Below are positions 10,122 to 20,082 of a stretch of 64,000 nucleotides of DNA, one piece after another; within the stretch, counting starts at the first letter, position 1; the number at the start of each line of letters is the position of its first letter. The stretch spans positions 30,218-94,217 of the forward strand of contig JBEKDF010000014.1 of the NCBI GenBank assembly GCA_050014495.1, written 5' to 3'. A program made the translations under genes and the position numbers. The notes under the pieces were generated by a model. The model was not told the DNA's origin. It was given only the letters and a program-made list of their open reading frames with translations, and ran no database searches. Origin of the DNA: Candidatus Bathyarchaeia archaeon (GTDB lineage Archaea; Thermoproteota; Bathyarchaeia; TCS64).

Positions 10122-11884
10122 AGCCTTATCCCTCCGCCGAGCTGGGAGTCGTAGATCTCCCTGTATATGGGGCTCGAGTTCATTAGCTCATTATGTGTGC
10201 CTTCGGCGGCAATTCGACCCTTTTCAAGAACTACTATCTTATCTGCCTTTAGGACTGTGCTTATCCTCTGCGCGATAATGAAGCTTGTCCTGTTCTCCAT
10301 GATCCTGTCTAGCTGCTCCTGTATCTTTGCCTCAGTCTCAACGTCGACTGAGCTTGTGCTGTCGTCAAGAATGAGTATCTTAGGTTGGACGAGCAGAGCT
10401 CTAGCAATGCTTATCCTCTGCTTCTGTCCACCCGAGAGCCCTGCGCCTCTTTCGCCAACGTCGGTGTCGTATCCATTTGGGAAACTCATTATGAACTCGT
10501 GGGCCTGCGCGGCCTTCGCCGCGGCTATGACTTCCTCCTCGGAGGCCTCGGGTTTACCGTATCGTATGTTATCTCGGATGGATCCACTAAAGAGAATGGC
10601 ATCCTGAAGTGCAACGCCAATATTTGAGCGTAATGACTCGAGTGTGACGTCCCTAACATCAACTTCATCCACAGTGAGTTTACCCTTCGTCACATCATAG
10701 AAACGCGGAATTAGATCGATTATCGTGGATTTACCCGAGCCTGTTGCACCAAGAATTGCCACGGTTTGACCTGGTTCAGCAACGAGACTGATGTTCTGAA
10801 GAACTGGCTCACTAAGATCGCCAGAGTAACTGAAGGAGACATCCTCGAAAACCACTCTTCCCTTTACATCCATGAGTTGCTTCGCGTCAGGTTTTTCCTG
10901 AACCTCCGGCTCGGAGTCCAGTATTTCATATATGCGTAGTGCTGAAGCATTCGCAGCGGAAAGTTGACTGGCCATCATGGCGAAAAAGAGCAGAGGCATT
11001 ATTGCCGTCAGGAGGTAGTTGGCAAAAGCTACGATGTCGCCTACACTGAACCGCCCTCCGATGACTTCGAGTCCACCAAACCAGACCACGCAGAGTATGG
11101 CCAGATTTACGATCAGCAACATCGTTGGGAAGAGGATGGCGAAGACCATGAGTACGTTAGCCGACTTACTGGTGAGATCCTCATTAGCCTTCTCGAAGCG
11201 TTGCGCTTCGTGATCCTGCCTCACGAAGGCCTTTACAACCCTAACACCTGCAAGATTCTCCTGTAGCACCGTGTTCAGCTTATCGAGCCTCTTCTGAACT
11301 CCGAGGAACATTGGTTGTGCCTTGAAAACAAAGACACCGGCGAGGAGTATGGTGAAGGGAAGTAGAAGTAAAACTATCTTAGCAAGTTCGGCGTTGATTA
11401 AGAACATGATTATAATGCTTCCTACGATCATTATTGGGGCTCGGATGAACATCCTTAGCCCCATCATCACCATCATCTGGACGGTGTTAACGTCGCTCGT
11501 GAGTCTGACAATTAGTTGTCCTGTTTGGAACCGGTCAAGATTACCGAAGCTGAATTTCTGTATCTTATGAAAGGCAGCACTCCTAACATCAGCTGCTAAA
11601 CTTTGTGCGACCCTGACTGCAAGGAACGTGTTTCCTATGGTCGCAACAGCCTCGAATAACGCTAAAGCAATCATCAGTGCGGCCGTGAATGCAATAACAC
11701 CTAGATTCTTGGGAACTATTCCATCATCTATTATCCGTTGAATCAATGTGGGAAGAGTAAGATCCGCTGCAACAGACCCCAATAATAATACGACAGCGAA
11801 TAAGCTGGTACGCACATAGGGTCTAATGTAGCCGAGTATCCTAACTAAAGGGCTAGCCAATTTCGTTCCTCCAACTAAATACAT
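10118..11884 (-). CDS. ABC exporter permease/ATPase subunit (heterodimer, degenerate site)
   Basis: TMD plus GATGSGKS, LSGGQKQ; degenerate ILDDSTS and IAQR as in TM287-type subunits. Confidence 0.93.
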   Translation of the reverse strand: MYLVGGTKLASPLVRILGYIRPYVRTSLFAVVLLLGSVAADLTLPTLIQRIIDDGIVPKNLGVIAFTAALMIALALFEAVATIGNTFLAVRVAQSLAADVRSAAFHKIQKFSFGNLDRFQTGQLIVRLTSDVNTVQMMVMMGLRMFIRAPIMIVGSIIIMFLINAELAKIVLLLLPFTILLAGVFVFKAQPMFLGVQKRLDKLNTVLQENLAGVRVVKAFVRQDHEAQRFEKANEDLTSKSANVLMVFAILFPTMLLIVNLAILCVVWFGGLEVIGGRFSVGDIVAFANYLLTAIMPLLFFAMMASQLSAANASALRIYEILDSEPEVQEKPDAKQLMDVKGRVVFEDVSFSYSGDLSEPVLQNISLVAEPGQTVAILGATGSGKSTIIDLIPRFYDVTKGKLTVDEVDVRDVTLESLRSNIGVALQDAILFSGSIRDNIRYGKPEASEEEVIAAAKAAQAHEFIMSFPNGYDTDVGERGAGLSGGQKQRISIARALLVQPKILILDDSTSSVDVETEAKIQEQLDRIMENRTSFIIAQRISTVLKADKIVVLEKGRIAAEGTHNELMNSSPIYREIYDSQLGGGIRL

Positions 11885-11908
11885 TCAATCGTGTTGAACC
11901 GATCTCTA

Positions 11909-12373
11909 TCACTGCTTCTTCATCTCACTAAGTTTTGATAGTATCACTCGAACGCTCTCCAGAGATTTGCATAGGGTGTTACGTTCATCCTCGGAGAGAG
12001 TTGAAAGCTTCATTCTAGCGGACTCTCTCGCCTCCATCCATTGATCCTGCATATACATCTTACCCTGAGGCGTGAGTCCGACCTCAATAATTCTGCGATC
12101 TTTCTGGTCTTGCCTCCTTTCGACCCACCCTTCAGCAATCAACCGGTCGATGACAGAGGTCATATTCGGCTTTGAAATACCGAGCCAGATAGATATTCGT
12201 GACATAGGCAGAGGGCCGTGTCTCATCAGGATCCCCATGACCTTGAAGTCGGAGCTAAACGGATTGTGACTTTGATGGTCAACACTGAGTATGGTGCGAT
12301 GGAAGAGTGGTACGATACTGTAGATGTCGTCGAGCATCCGATCCATTCTCTCCATAGACGAACCTTCACCCAT
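11909..12373 (-). CDS. MarR-family transcriptional regulator
   Basis: ISKPNMTSVIDRL..EGWVER..DQKDRR..LTPQG motif; first gene of the exporter operon. Confidence 0.92.
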   Translation of the reverse strand: MGEGSSMERMDRMLDDIYSIVPLFHRTILSVDHQSHNPFSSDFKVMGILMRHGPLPMSRISIWLGISKPNMTSVIDRLIAEGWVERRQDQKDRRIIEVGLTPQGKMYMQDQWMEARESARMKLSTLSEDERNTLCKSLESVRVILSKLSEMKKQ

Positions 12374-12390
12374 TTTTTGTTCACCGATTA

Positions 12391-12420
12391 AACAGTTATA
12401 ATATATAACTGTTATATAAA
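12391..12420 (-). promoter_or_regulatory. Putative MarR operator overlapping a TATA box
   Basis: Perfect inverted repeat AACAGTTATA-ATA-TATAACTGTT (12391-12413) abutting minus-strand TTTATATA, just upstream of marR. Confidence 0.75.
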
Positions 12421-12488
12421 CGTACGTTTCTTCAGGGACGGTGATATTTAAAGCTAGAGAATACCAATCAGAAACAGGGAGAAACTAA

Positions 12489-13037
12489 ATGAAGATTCTA
12501 GCCATACAGTCGAGTTCTAACGTGGATGGTCTAACAGCTAAGACCGCGAAGGCTATAATAAGTGGCGCAGAGGCCGAGGGTGCCACAGTTGAGCTAATCA
12601 ACCTAAACGAGCTAATCATTAAGCCCTGCTTAGCATGCGACGGAGGATGGGGGCAGTGTCGCAGAGATGGTAGATGCATACAGGATGATGAATTCCAGGC
12701 GCTCCGAGACAAGATCCATGCTGCAGACGCGACGATCTTCGCCACCCCTGTGTACTGGGGTGACCTCAGCGAATCAGCAAAAATTTTCCTCGACAGACTA
12801 AGACGTTGCGAGGTGAACGGCGAGTTCAAGAATCTAAATGGCAAGATAGCTGTGGGTATAGCCTCGGCTGGGGGCACTGGGAATGGTTGTGTCAAGTGCC
12901 TTCTCCATCTCGAGGACTACATCAGACGAGTTGGCTTCACGGTATTTGATCTAATTACAATAACTCAGGTATCAAGGGAGCATAAACTCGAGATGCTAGA
13001 GAAGGCGGGTCATAGACTAGCGAAGATGAAGCCATGA
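12489..13037 (+). CDS. Iron-sulfur flavoprotein / NADPH-dependent FMN reductase family
   Basis: PCLACDGGWGQC...C cysteine motif, ATPVYWG and flavodoxin fold. Confidence 0.85.
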   Translation: MKILAIQSSSNVDGLTAKTAKAIISGAEAEGATVELINLNELIIKPCLACDGGWGQCRRDGRCIQDDEFQALRDKIHAADATIFATPVYWGDLSESAKIFLDRLRRCEVNGEFKNLNGKIAVGIASAGGTGNGCVKCLLHLEDYIRRVGFTVFDLITITQVSREHKLEMLEKAGHRLAKMKP

Positions 13038-13077
13038 GATAATTAAACGTATTATTTCACGTCAAACATTATTGAGG

Positions 13078-14040
13078 TCAGGTAGTGTATTTTTTCTCGC
13101 TCAGATACCTGTCTCTACTGTCGGGTAGAACCGTGACGACACGTTTACCATTACCCAGCTCCTCAGCGACCTTTAATGAGTGGTAGACATTGGCGCCAGC
13201 GGAGATACCACAGAATAGACCCTCCTCCCTAACTAAACGGTCCGAAGTCTTTATCGCATCCTCGTTTGTGATCTTTACGACCTCATCAATTAGACCACTT
13301 TCCATCATTTCCTCTATAATACCACCAGCGATTTCCTTACTGATGCCTGGTGGCGATGTGAGGCCGCTGCTGATCGCATACTTAGCGGATGCTGGTTCCA
13401 GTCCGATGATTTTACATTTTGGGAGCTTGGTCTTCAGAGCTTTGGCAACGCCGTAGAGGGTGCCACCTACACCAATGCTGGCGACGAAGGCGTCCACTTT
13501 GCCATTCATCTGCTCTAAGATCTCGTTGCCGGTGACTATGTGCGCACTCCAGTTCGCTGGGTTGCTAAATTGTCTAGCCCACCAGATCTTTGGGTTGCTA
13601 CTCTCGAGTTCGAGGCACTTCTTTCTGGGGATAAACTCTGCTTCGGCACCTGCGACACTTCCCCTTGAGTCCAAGCCCTCGATCTTCATCTCGTGGACTA
13701 TGGCACCATAGCTCTCCATAATTTTGATTCTCTCCCGAGTCATGCCCTCGGGCATGTATATCTCTACATTGTAACCTAGGCATGCCCCAACGAAGCTGAA
13801 TGCTGTACCAGTGTTACCTGTTGACGCTTCGACTATCGTGTAGCCAGGTTTGAGTTTGCCCTCCGCCTCTGCGGAACGGATCATCTCTAAGGCGATTCGA
13901 TCCTTGTAACTGCCACTCGGATTGAGATATTCGAGTTTTGTGTAGATCTCAGCGCTATTCTTCGGAACAACCCTTTGTAGCTTCACCATCGGGGTGTTCC
14001 CAATCACGTCTAGTATGCTGTTTACTGCCTTAGGAGCCAT
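13078..14040 (-). CDS. cysK: Cysteine synthase / PLP fold-II family
   Basis: IGNTPMV, NPSGSYKDR, STGNTG and GISAGA motifs; start placed at MAPKAV. Confidence 0.8.
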   Translation of the reverse strand: MAPKAVNSILDVIGNTPMVKLQRVVPKNSAEIYTKLEYLNPSGSYKDRIALEMIRSAEAEGKLKPGYTIVEASTGNTGTAFSFVGACLGYNVEIYMPEGMTRERIKIMESYGAIVHEMKIEGLDSRGSVAGAEAEFIPRKKCLELESSNPKIWWARQFSNPANWSAHIVTGNEILEQMNGKVDAFVASIGVGGTLYGVAKALKTKLPKCKIIGLEPASAKYAISSGLTSPPGISKEIAGGIIEEMMESGLIDEVVKITNEDAIKTSDRLVREEGLFCGISAGANVYHSLKVAEELGNGKRVVTVLPDSRDRYLSEKKYTT

Positions 14041-14250
14041 AGGAATAAGTGAATGGCAAGGGGAGAAAATAGTTTCCCTTATCGAGTATTTTGTTATAGA
14101 TAATATTATAAAGAGCCTAAATCTAATTAATACATGACCAGTTAGGCACATTATGATAAATCGGTCAAGACCAGTATAGGTTATATTGAGTTCATCTCAC
14201 TCTTAAGGAAGAACACGCAAATTGTTTTCCGCAATTCTCTTACATCTTTT

Positions 14251-14754
14251 TTGATTTTCACTTATCCCGAACTTCAAGAGTTGAAAAAAGACAAGAAGTT
14301 GATTATCCACACCGACTCAGTTGAAAAGGCACTCCAAGAGGCGAGTCTCAGATATCTAGGAGAAGGCAGGGACTACCGCTCCGACCTAATCAAATTCCGA
14401 GATCACCTCAAGGCTCAGAAAAAGGCACCCAAGTCTATAAGTATCGCCATCTCAGGCGCCACAGGGTTCCTTGGCAGGAACAAGTTTAGACTCGACAAGT
14501 ACGACAAACAGGACCCTTCAAGGACCTCGGCAAGACTATCACCAAGGATAAGGTACCGACAGCCGAACAGCTAGCCAAGTTAGTGAGCTTCATGCCGATT
14601 CACTTGAAGACGCTTGTTTACCTACTCAGCTCGTCTTGCATGCGGGTCGATGAAGCTCTACAGCTTTGTGTAGAGGACCTATCACTCGACATGCATCCAG
14701 CGAGGGCTGAAGTCCTTTGGAATGGATACACAAGAACGACGAAGTGCGCGCGCG
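14251..14754 (+). pseudogene. Decayed tyrosine recombinase/integrase (frameshifted, 3'-truncated)
   Basis: SAM-like core-binding part (APKSISIAISG); frameshift near 14515 continues FKDLGKTITKDKVPTAEQLAKLVSFMPIHLKTLVYLLSSSCMRVDEALQL (box I); HxxR and Tyr boxes absent. Confidence 0.75.
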
Positions 14755-15175
14755 ACGAAGGAGTACCTTAGAGACTTCTACGAAGTCCTATTCTTAGACT
14801 GGGTCGACGTCGACGACTTCAGGAAACGCTACGACCACAAAGTCAACAAGGAGTCCTTCGTTGAACGGTTCTCTATCTGGCAGACATATGACAATATTGG
14901 CTACCTTGTCCGTGAGGGGCTAGTGGACCCGAACATCGTCTTTGATGCGGCTGGGTTTCATTGTGTAATGATCTGGGGTCTGTACAAACCGATCATAAAT
15001 ATCATTTCGAGGCCGGAGTTGGGGGACTCAAGCCTGGGAGAACTTTGAGTACATTGCAAATGTGATGTGGAGGATCGCTAAGGAAAGGGGTGCGTTTTCG
15101 CCTGGTGGCAAAGGAGGCACATTTTACGATGCTTACTGGGAGACCTTCGAACCCAAGTCTTCTTCTCCATCATAG
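14755..15175 (+). pseudogene. DUF4760-like protein remnant (5'-truncated, frameshifted)
   Basis: DNIGYLVREGLVD...IWGLYKPII, then after a frameshift near 15030 AWENFEYIANVM...* ending at 15175. Confidence 0.6.
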
Positions 15176-15251
15176 CTGTATCCTCGCCTCAATTTGGGAG
15201 CTACTCGGATTCTATCCATGCTAGCGCGCGCAGCACCAGCTTTAATTTAAA

Positions 15252-15635
15252 TTACGGATTTAGTAAACTTCCGCCAAATATGGCAGAGCCATCCCACCGA
15301 GTTGTCCACGATATTACGGTTACACTCTGATATACGGGGGGAGTGCCAGTGCCATAAGACCCTGAAACGATTAAGTAGAAAGAAGCGCCATCATAGCTTC
15401 TCTGGTAATATATCGTCGAATTGGCGGCACCTCTCTTGAGTTGAGTGAGTGTCTGCAATGTTGATGAGACGCTAACTGTTGGATTCCCTAAGGTGGTTAA
15501 ATCCTTTGCAGACAAGTCGGCTATGATTTTATCGCACCCCTGAACGTTGCCGCGATACTGAAGATAAGCAATAGAAACTATTGATACTGTAATGATTGCA
15601 ATCAAAGCAATAACGGTAATCCCCTTTGTGTTCAT
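15252..15635 (-). CDS. Hypothetical N-terminally anchored exported protein
   Basis: 127-aa ORF with a single N-terminal TM or signal helix. Confidence 0.65.
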   Translation of the reverse strand: MNTKGITVIALIAIITVSIVSIAYLQYRGNVQGCDKIIADLSAKDLTTLGNPTVSVSSTLQTLTQLKRGAANSTIYYQRSYDGASFYLIVSGSYGTGTPPVYQSVTVISWTTRWDGSAIFGGSLLNP

Positions 15636-15851
15636 CTCGTCATTCTCACAGCCCTGTTACCAGTTTTAGCTATTGTTAACGCCAGCTCCTTCTACAAAAG
15701 GGTTCGTATTAACAGCGCGCGCTTCTGGGGGGGGAGCTAGTGCTGTTTGTCACGCCAGTATTTTATCCCCAGAACCTTTACTAGACGTATATGACCTCAT
15801 TCGCTAGACCCGAAATTTAATTATTGATAATAAAATTTGAGATAATTTCCC

Positions 15852-16334
15852 CTACTTGTTCAATCTATTGACCAGTTTACCGACGCGTTCACCAAGTTTC
15901 CTACACGCCTCGAGAGAGGCGTCATTAGGAGAGCCAACAGAGGAGGCACCGTAGTGACTACCAGAAGAGGATCCCTGGATCACCATCCCATGCACTAGAA
16001 GCATCTCGTTTATGGCGATGATCGTTGACTCTGCCCCCGTATGGGTACCACCCGCACTGGCAAATGCACCACCGACCATGCCGTCAAGCTTACCGTGATA
16101 TTTGACAGACTCATCGATGAATTTCTTGATTTTACTACTTGGTAGGCCATAATAGACAGGTGAACCTAGGATGAGTCCCTGATATTGTGGAATCTCATCA
16201 ACGCTTGCCTCATCGATGTGCTTAATGACGGGAGTGACACCCGACTTCTTTACACCATCTTCGACGGCATGAGCCATTTTCTCGGTGTTACCTGTACTTG
16301 AATCGTAGATTATTAGGACCTTCAAGGGTTTCAC
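15852..16334 (-). CDS. WrbA-like flavodoxin / NAD(P)H:quinone oxidoreductase
   Basis: YDSSTGNTEKMA, GSPVYYG and GGAFAS..HTGAE motifs. Confidence 0.85.
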   Translation of the reverse strand: MKPLKVLIIYDSSTGNTEKMAHAVEDGVKKSGVTPVIKHIDEASVDEIPQYQGLILGSPVYYGLPSSKIKKFIDESVKYHGKLDGMVGGAFASAGGTHTGAESTIIAINEMLLVHGMVIQGSSSGSHYGASSVGSPNDASLEACRKLGERVGKLVNRLNK

Positions 16335-16877
16335 CTAAATGAGCTTTTTATCGGCGTCAGGGGTTGCAAATACGCCCTTGACTTCACCCATGTATAGCAT
16401 GTGGAAGTCCTTCGTCTTGTACATCTCAGCCTCTATTTTTGTTTCAAGCTGACCAGGTCTCATGTCGGTCTTGAAGATGGTAGCACACTCGATGTGTACT
16501 GGGCATTCCTCGATGTAAGGCGATTCGATCACTATCCCCTTCTTGGCGGTGAGCTTGCACTCCTTGAATTTGTCGTAGGTCCTACCAGATTTAGTTCCAC
16601 AGAAATCAAGAGTCGTTTCCATTCCCTTGGCGGGCAAGCAGACAGCCCAGCTTTTTGCTTCTTCCATGAGCTTGAAGGTGTGTCTGCTGTGACGAACAGC
16701 GACGATGCATACAGGCTTTGCCCACATGGTGCCCAGGAGACCCCAGCCAATAGTCATCGCGTTTGGCTTTCTATCATCTCCTTCAGTGACAAGAAGGATC
16801 CCATTCTTCCTAAGTAGGTCATTCATCTCGTGAACATACTTGAACGTGTCAACCTTGTCTTTTGGCATCTGAACCAT
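16335..16877 (-). CDS. Flavin reductase-like (flavoredoxin) protein
   Basis: NAMTIGWG, CGTKSGR..DK, ECPVHIEC and H.LYMGEV motifs. Confidence 0.88.
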   Translation of the reverse strand: MVQMPKDKVDTFKYVHEMNDLLRKNGILLVTEGDDRKPNAMTIGWGLLGTMWAKPVCIVAVRHSRHTFKLMEEAKSWAVCLPAKGMETTLDFCGTKSGRTYDKFKECKLTAKKGIVIESPYIEECPVHIECATIFKTDMRPGQLETKIEAEMYKTKDFHMLYMGEVKGVFATPDADKKLI

Positions 16878-17021
16878 GTAAGATATGAGATTGGATCTCG
16901 TTATAAGCGTTAGATTTCCGGATTATTCGAATTATTTCCTTAATTGTCATTTCCTTAACTGGCTCACTAAGGAATGGTTGTCATTACTCAAGTGGAAAAT
17001 ATCTAGAGAAAAGTAAAAAAG

Positions 17022-17501
17022 TTAAATGATGTAGCCGCTGTCAGGTCGTTCGAAGTTCCTAACGAGCTCCAAGTTAAGCTCTGGCTCTAAATCATCAAAG
17101 TCTTCGTCAGTGAGGTCGACCCAAGGTCCAGTCAATGAAGCCTCGACCACTTGGCTACCCTTACCAAAGTTCTCGAGACACACCTTGTAAGTAAGTCGCC
17201 TGACCTGGGACTCATCCTCAAAGCCTAGGCTATGTAGGTACTCATGTAGGAGAATCGTGTAAACGTGGCATCGCTCATTCATCCCCGTCTTTCCCTTGAT
17301 GAGTCTCCTGTTGAGGACAATCTCATTTGTCCCCATCGGGTGAAAGGCCCCCACGTTCATCGGGAGATTCCCCAGAAGCAGCATGAGTCCAACCCTATGT
17401 AACCCAAGGGTCTTCTTTACGCCTCGCTTCACTAAGGCGAAGATATCCCCGTAATCTCTACAGGCCTCTAGGTCAGACGCGAGCGTTCTGAGTTGCTCCC
17501 C
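17022..17501 (-). CDS. Conserved archaeal HEXXH putative metalloprotease; start codon unclear
   Basis: LLHEYLHSLG; coding-like frame extends upstream of the GTG at 17432 (GEQLRTLASDLEACRDYGDIFALVK) to the NifU stop. Confidence 0.7.
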   Translation of the reverse strand, partial: GEQLRTLASDLEACRDYGDIFALVKRGVKKTLGLHRVGLMLLLGNLPMNVGAFHPMGTNEIVLNRRLIKGKTGMNERCHVYTILLHEYLHSLGFEDESQVRRLTYKVCLENFGKGSQVVEASLTGPWVDLTDEDFDDLEPELNLELVRNFERPDSGYII

Positions 17502-17723
17502 CTAGACTGCCTCTACGGCCTTAACGCCGGGGACCTTCTTTTTTAGGTACTGCTCGACACCCCATTTCACTGTCATCTGACTCATGGGGCAGCCTGCGCA
17601 GTGGCCCTTGAGCTTCACCTTGACGACGCCGTCCTTGACGTCGACGAGCTCGACGTCGCCCCCATCCATTTGGAGCTGTGGTCGAACGTCTTCAAGCGCC
17701 CTCTGTATTTCCGCCTTTTCCAA
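17502..17723 (-). CDS. NifU C-terminal/Nfu-type Fe-S carrier
   Basis: VRPQLQMDGGDVEL...LKGHCAGCP motif. Confidence 0.92.
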   Translation of the reverse strand: MEKAEIQRALEDVRPQLQMDGGDVELVDVKDGVVKVKLKGHCAGCPMSQMTVKWGVEQYLKKKVPGVKAVEAV

Positions 17724-17887
17724 AATCGCACCTTCAGAATTGTGGACACGAGGAGCCTATTAAAGGTTGAGAGGCAGGTCAACTATAGCGAGGTAATCTG
17801 GGCGCTGTATGTCATTAATTTGACACGGGAAAGGTTAAAAAGGGAAGCAGCATCCATGATTGCGTTCAAGGTGTTGAAGAGTGATGG

Positions 17888-18802
17888 GTGACCATCAAAC
17901 AGTTTAGTATTTACGCTCCCGCTTCAATTGCTAACCTTGGACCTGGCTTCGACGTTTTCGGTGTAGCCCTCGATGGACTAGGTGACAAACTTAAAGTAAA
18001 GAGGGTATCCGAACCAGGTGTCCGAATTCAGGTAAAAGGTTTTGAGGCGGATCAGATTCCGGTGAAGGCGCAACTAAACAGCGCTGGAGCCGTCATGCAG
18101 GCAGCGCTGAGTAGGTTTACAGAGCCTATCGGTGTCGAGATTGAGATTGAGAAGGGTGTTCCACCAGGTAAGGGTATGGGATCATCAGGAGCCTCAGCGG
18201 CCGCAGCCGCTGTGGCTGCTGTGAATCTATTGGACTTAGTCATCCCGCAGAGGGAACTCGTGGAACTTGCAGCCCAAGGAGAGGCTGCAGTGGCTGGTAG
18301 CGCCCATGCCGATAATGTCTCAGCGAGCCTCTTCGGGGGGTTCATCCTAGTTAGCGACGGATACGACGTAATGAGGATGGAGATACCCGATGTTGGTTTC
18401 GTAGTCGTTGTCCCTGACGTAAAGTACAAGAATAAGACGAAGATGGCGAGGGGGCTTCTCCCAGAGATGGTGAACCTCAAGGACGCTGTAAGGAACATAG
18501 GCTATGCCTCGAGGATGGCGGCTGCCGTCGCGATGAAGGACCCGATACTATTCGGGAAGAGCATATGCGACTGCGTGATCGAGCCTCACAGGGCTGGAAT
18601 GATACCTAACTTCCACCTTGTGAAGCTAGCTGCCTTGCAGGCGGGTGCTTATGGGTGCTCCATAAGTGGCGGAGGTCCGAGCGTCTTCGCCGTGGGCGAG
18701 AAGCCAGTCGAACTTGGCAAGGCTATGGTTGAGGCATTCGGTGACACTCCCGCTGAAGCCTACATCACCAAACCCAGTAACTTGGGAACGAGGGTCCTGT
18801 GA
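17888..18802 (+). CDS. thrB: Homoserine kinase
   Basis: PASIANLGPGFD, GMGSSGAS, HADNV and SGGGPS motifs. Confidence 0.93.
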   Translation: MTIKQFSIYAPASIANLGPGFDVFGVALDGLGDKLKVKRVSEPGVRIQVKGFEADQIPVKAQLNSAGAVMQAALSRFTEPIGVEIEIEKGVPPGKGMGSSGASAAAAAVAAVNLLDLVIPQRELVELAAQGEAAVAGSAHADNVSASLFGGFILVSDGYDVMRMEIPDVGFVVVVPDVKYKNKTKMARGLLPEMVNLKDAVRNIGYASRMAAAVAMKDPILFGKSICDCVIEPHRAGMIPNFHLVKLAALQAGAYGCSISGGGPSVFAVGEKPVELGKAMVEAFGDTPAEAYITKPSNLGTRVL

Positions 18803-20070
18803 TGCCCTCCAAGTTTAGGTGCATACGCTGTTCACGTGAATACGAGCCCGGCAGCATCTTCAGGTGCGAATGTGGCGGCCTCTTAGAGGTCATCCACGAG
18901 CCAATAAAGTGGGATAGGCATATCGTAGATTCTCGCCTCTGCCCCATGGGAGTACCATACAGCAGCGGGGTTTGGAGATATAAGGAACTAATCCATCCGG
19001 GTCTCTATGCGGGGTTCATAGTAACTCGCCCTGAGGGAAATACAAACATCTACCACCGCGGAACAGTCTCTGATTATGTCGGCGTCGACAAACTCACCAT
19101 GAAACACGAGGGAGAGAACCCCACTGGAAGCTTCAAGGATAGGGGAATAACAGTCGCGGTCTCCGAGGCTCTTCGTCAGAATGCGAAGGCAGTTGCCTGC
19201 GCATCAACGGGGAATACAAGTGCATCGATGGCAGCTTATGCGGCTCAGGCCAATCTTCAGGGGATCGTGTTCATTCCGGAGGGAGAAATAGCATATGCTA
19301 AGCTGAGTCAGGCCTTAGCTTATGGCTCCAAGGTGGTTCAGGTACCTGGCAGCTTCGATGATGCAATGCGTATAGTCCAAGAGGCAAGCAGAGAGCTTGG
19401 CCTCTACCTCCTCAACTCAATTAACCCGTGGCGGGTCGAAGGGCAGAAGACGATCATCCTCGAGCTACTCCACCAGCGTGGTTGGGAACCACCAGACTGG
19501 ATCGTGGTCCCCGCGGGAAATCTCGGTAACACATCTGCTTTCGGAAAGGCCCTCGCCGAACTGGTGGAGCTCGGCTGGATTGACAGCGTGCCACGTATTG
19601 CCTCAATCCAAGCTGAGGGAGCCGCGCCCTTCTACAAGCTTTGGAAGTATGGGGGCTCGGAGTTGGAGGCGCTTCACCCAGAGACTGTGGCAACCGCGAT
19701 AAAGATCGGAAACCCAGTCAGCTGGGAAAAGGCTCTCAGAGTCATTAGGGAGACGGATGGCGTCGTCGAGGTGGTTACGGATACTGAGATCATGGAGGCG
19801 AAGGCCATCGTCGACGCGAGCGGTGTGGGTTGCGAACCCGCTTCTGCTGCATCCATTGCAGGGGCAAAAAAACTCACTGCAGCTGGAATCATAAGACCTG
19901 ACGACGATGTGGTCTGCGTACTGACTGGCAACCTCTTGAAAGACCCGGATACCACTGTGAAGTATCACACAAACAAGCTCAAAGGGATTCAACCTGCTAG
20001 GTCAAATGCACCTACACAACTTGATGCTAAGTCGATATCCGCCTCGCTTAGGAGAATCCTATCGAAATAA
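18799..20070 (+). CDS. thrC: Threonine synthase
   Basis: NPTGSFKDRG, CASTGNTSAS, NSINPWR.EGQKT and TGNLLKDP motifs. Confidence 0.93.
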   Translation: MMPSKFRCIRCSREYEPGSIFRCECGGLLEVIHEPIKWDRHIVDSRLCPMGVPYSSGVWRYKELIHPGLYAGFIVTRPEGNTNIYHRGTVSDYVGVDKLTMKHEGENPTGSFKDRGITVAVSEALRQNAKAVACASTGNTSASMAAYAAQANLQGIVFIPEGEIAYAKLSQALAYGSKVVQVPGSFDDAMRIVQEASRELGLYLLNSINPWRVEGQKTIILELLHQRGWEPPDWIVVPAGNLGNTSAFGKALAELVELGWIDSVPRIASIQAEGAAPFYKLWKYGGSELEALHPETVATAIKIGNPVSWEKALRVIRETDGVVEVVTDTEIMEAKAIVDASGVGCEPASAASIAGAKKLTAAGIIRPDDDVVCVLTGNLLKDPDTTVKYHTNKLKGIQPARSNAPTQLDAKSISASLRRILSK

Positions 20071-20082
20071 AGAGGGCCATTA

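Noticed and set aside
14041..14151. ORF-track N-terminal extension of cysK (similar extensions on GH172, creatininase, dhaK and SMP-30)
   Set aside because: The extensions run through AT-rich promoter DNA, and family homology begins at the downstream starts used here.
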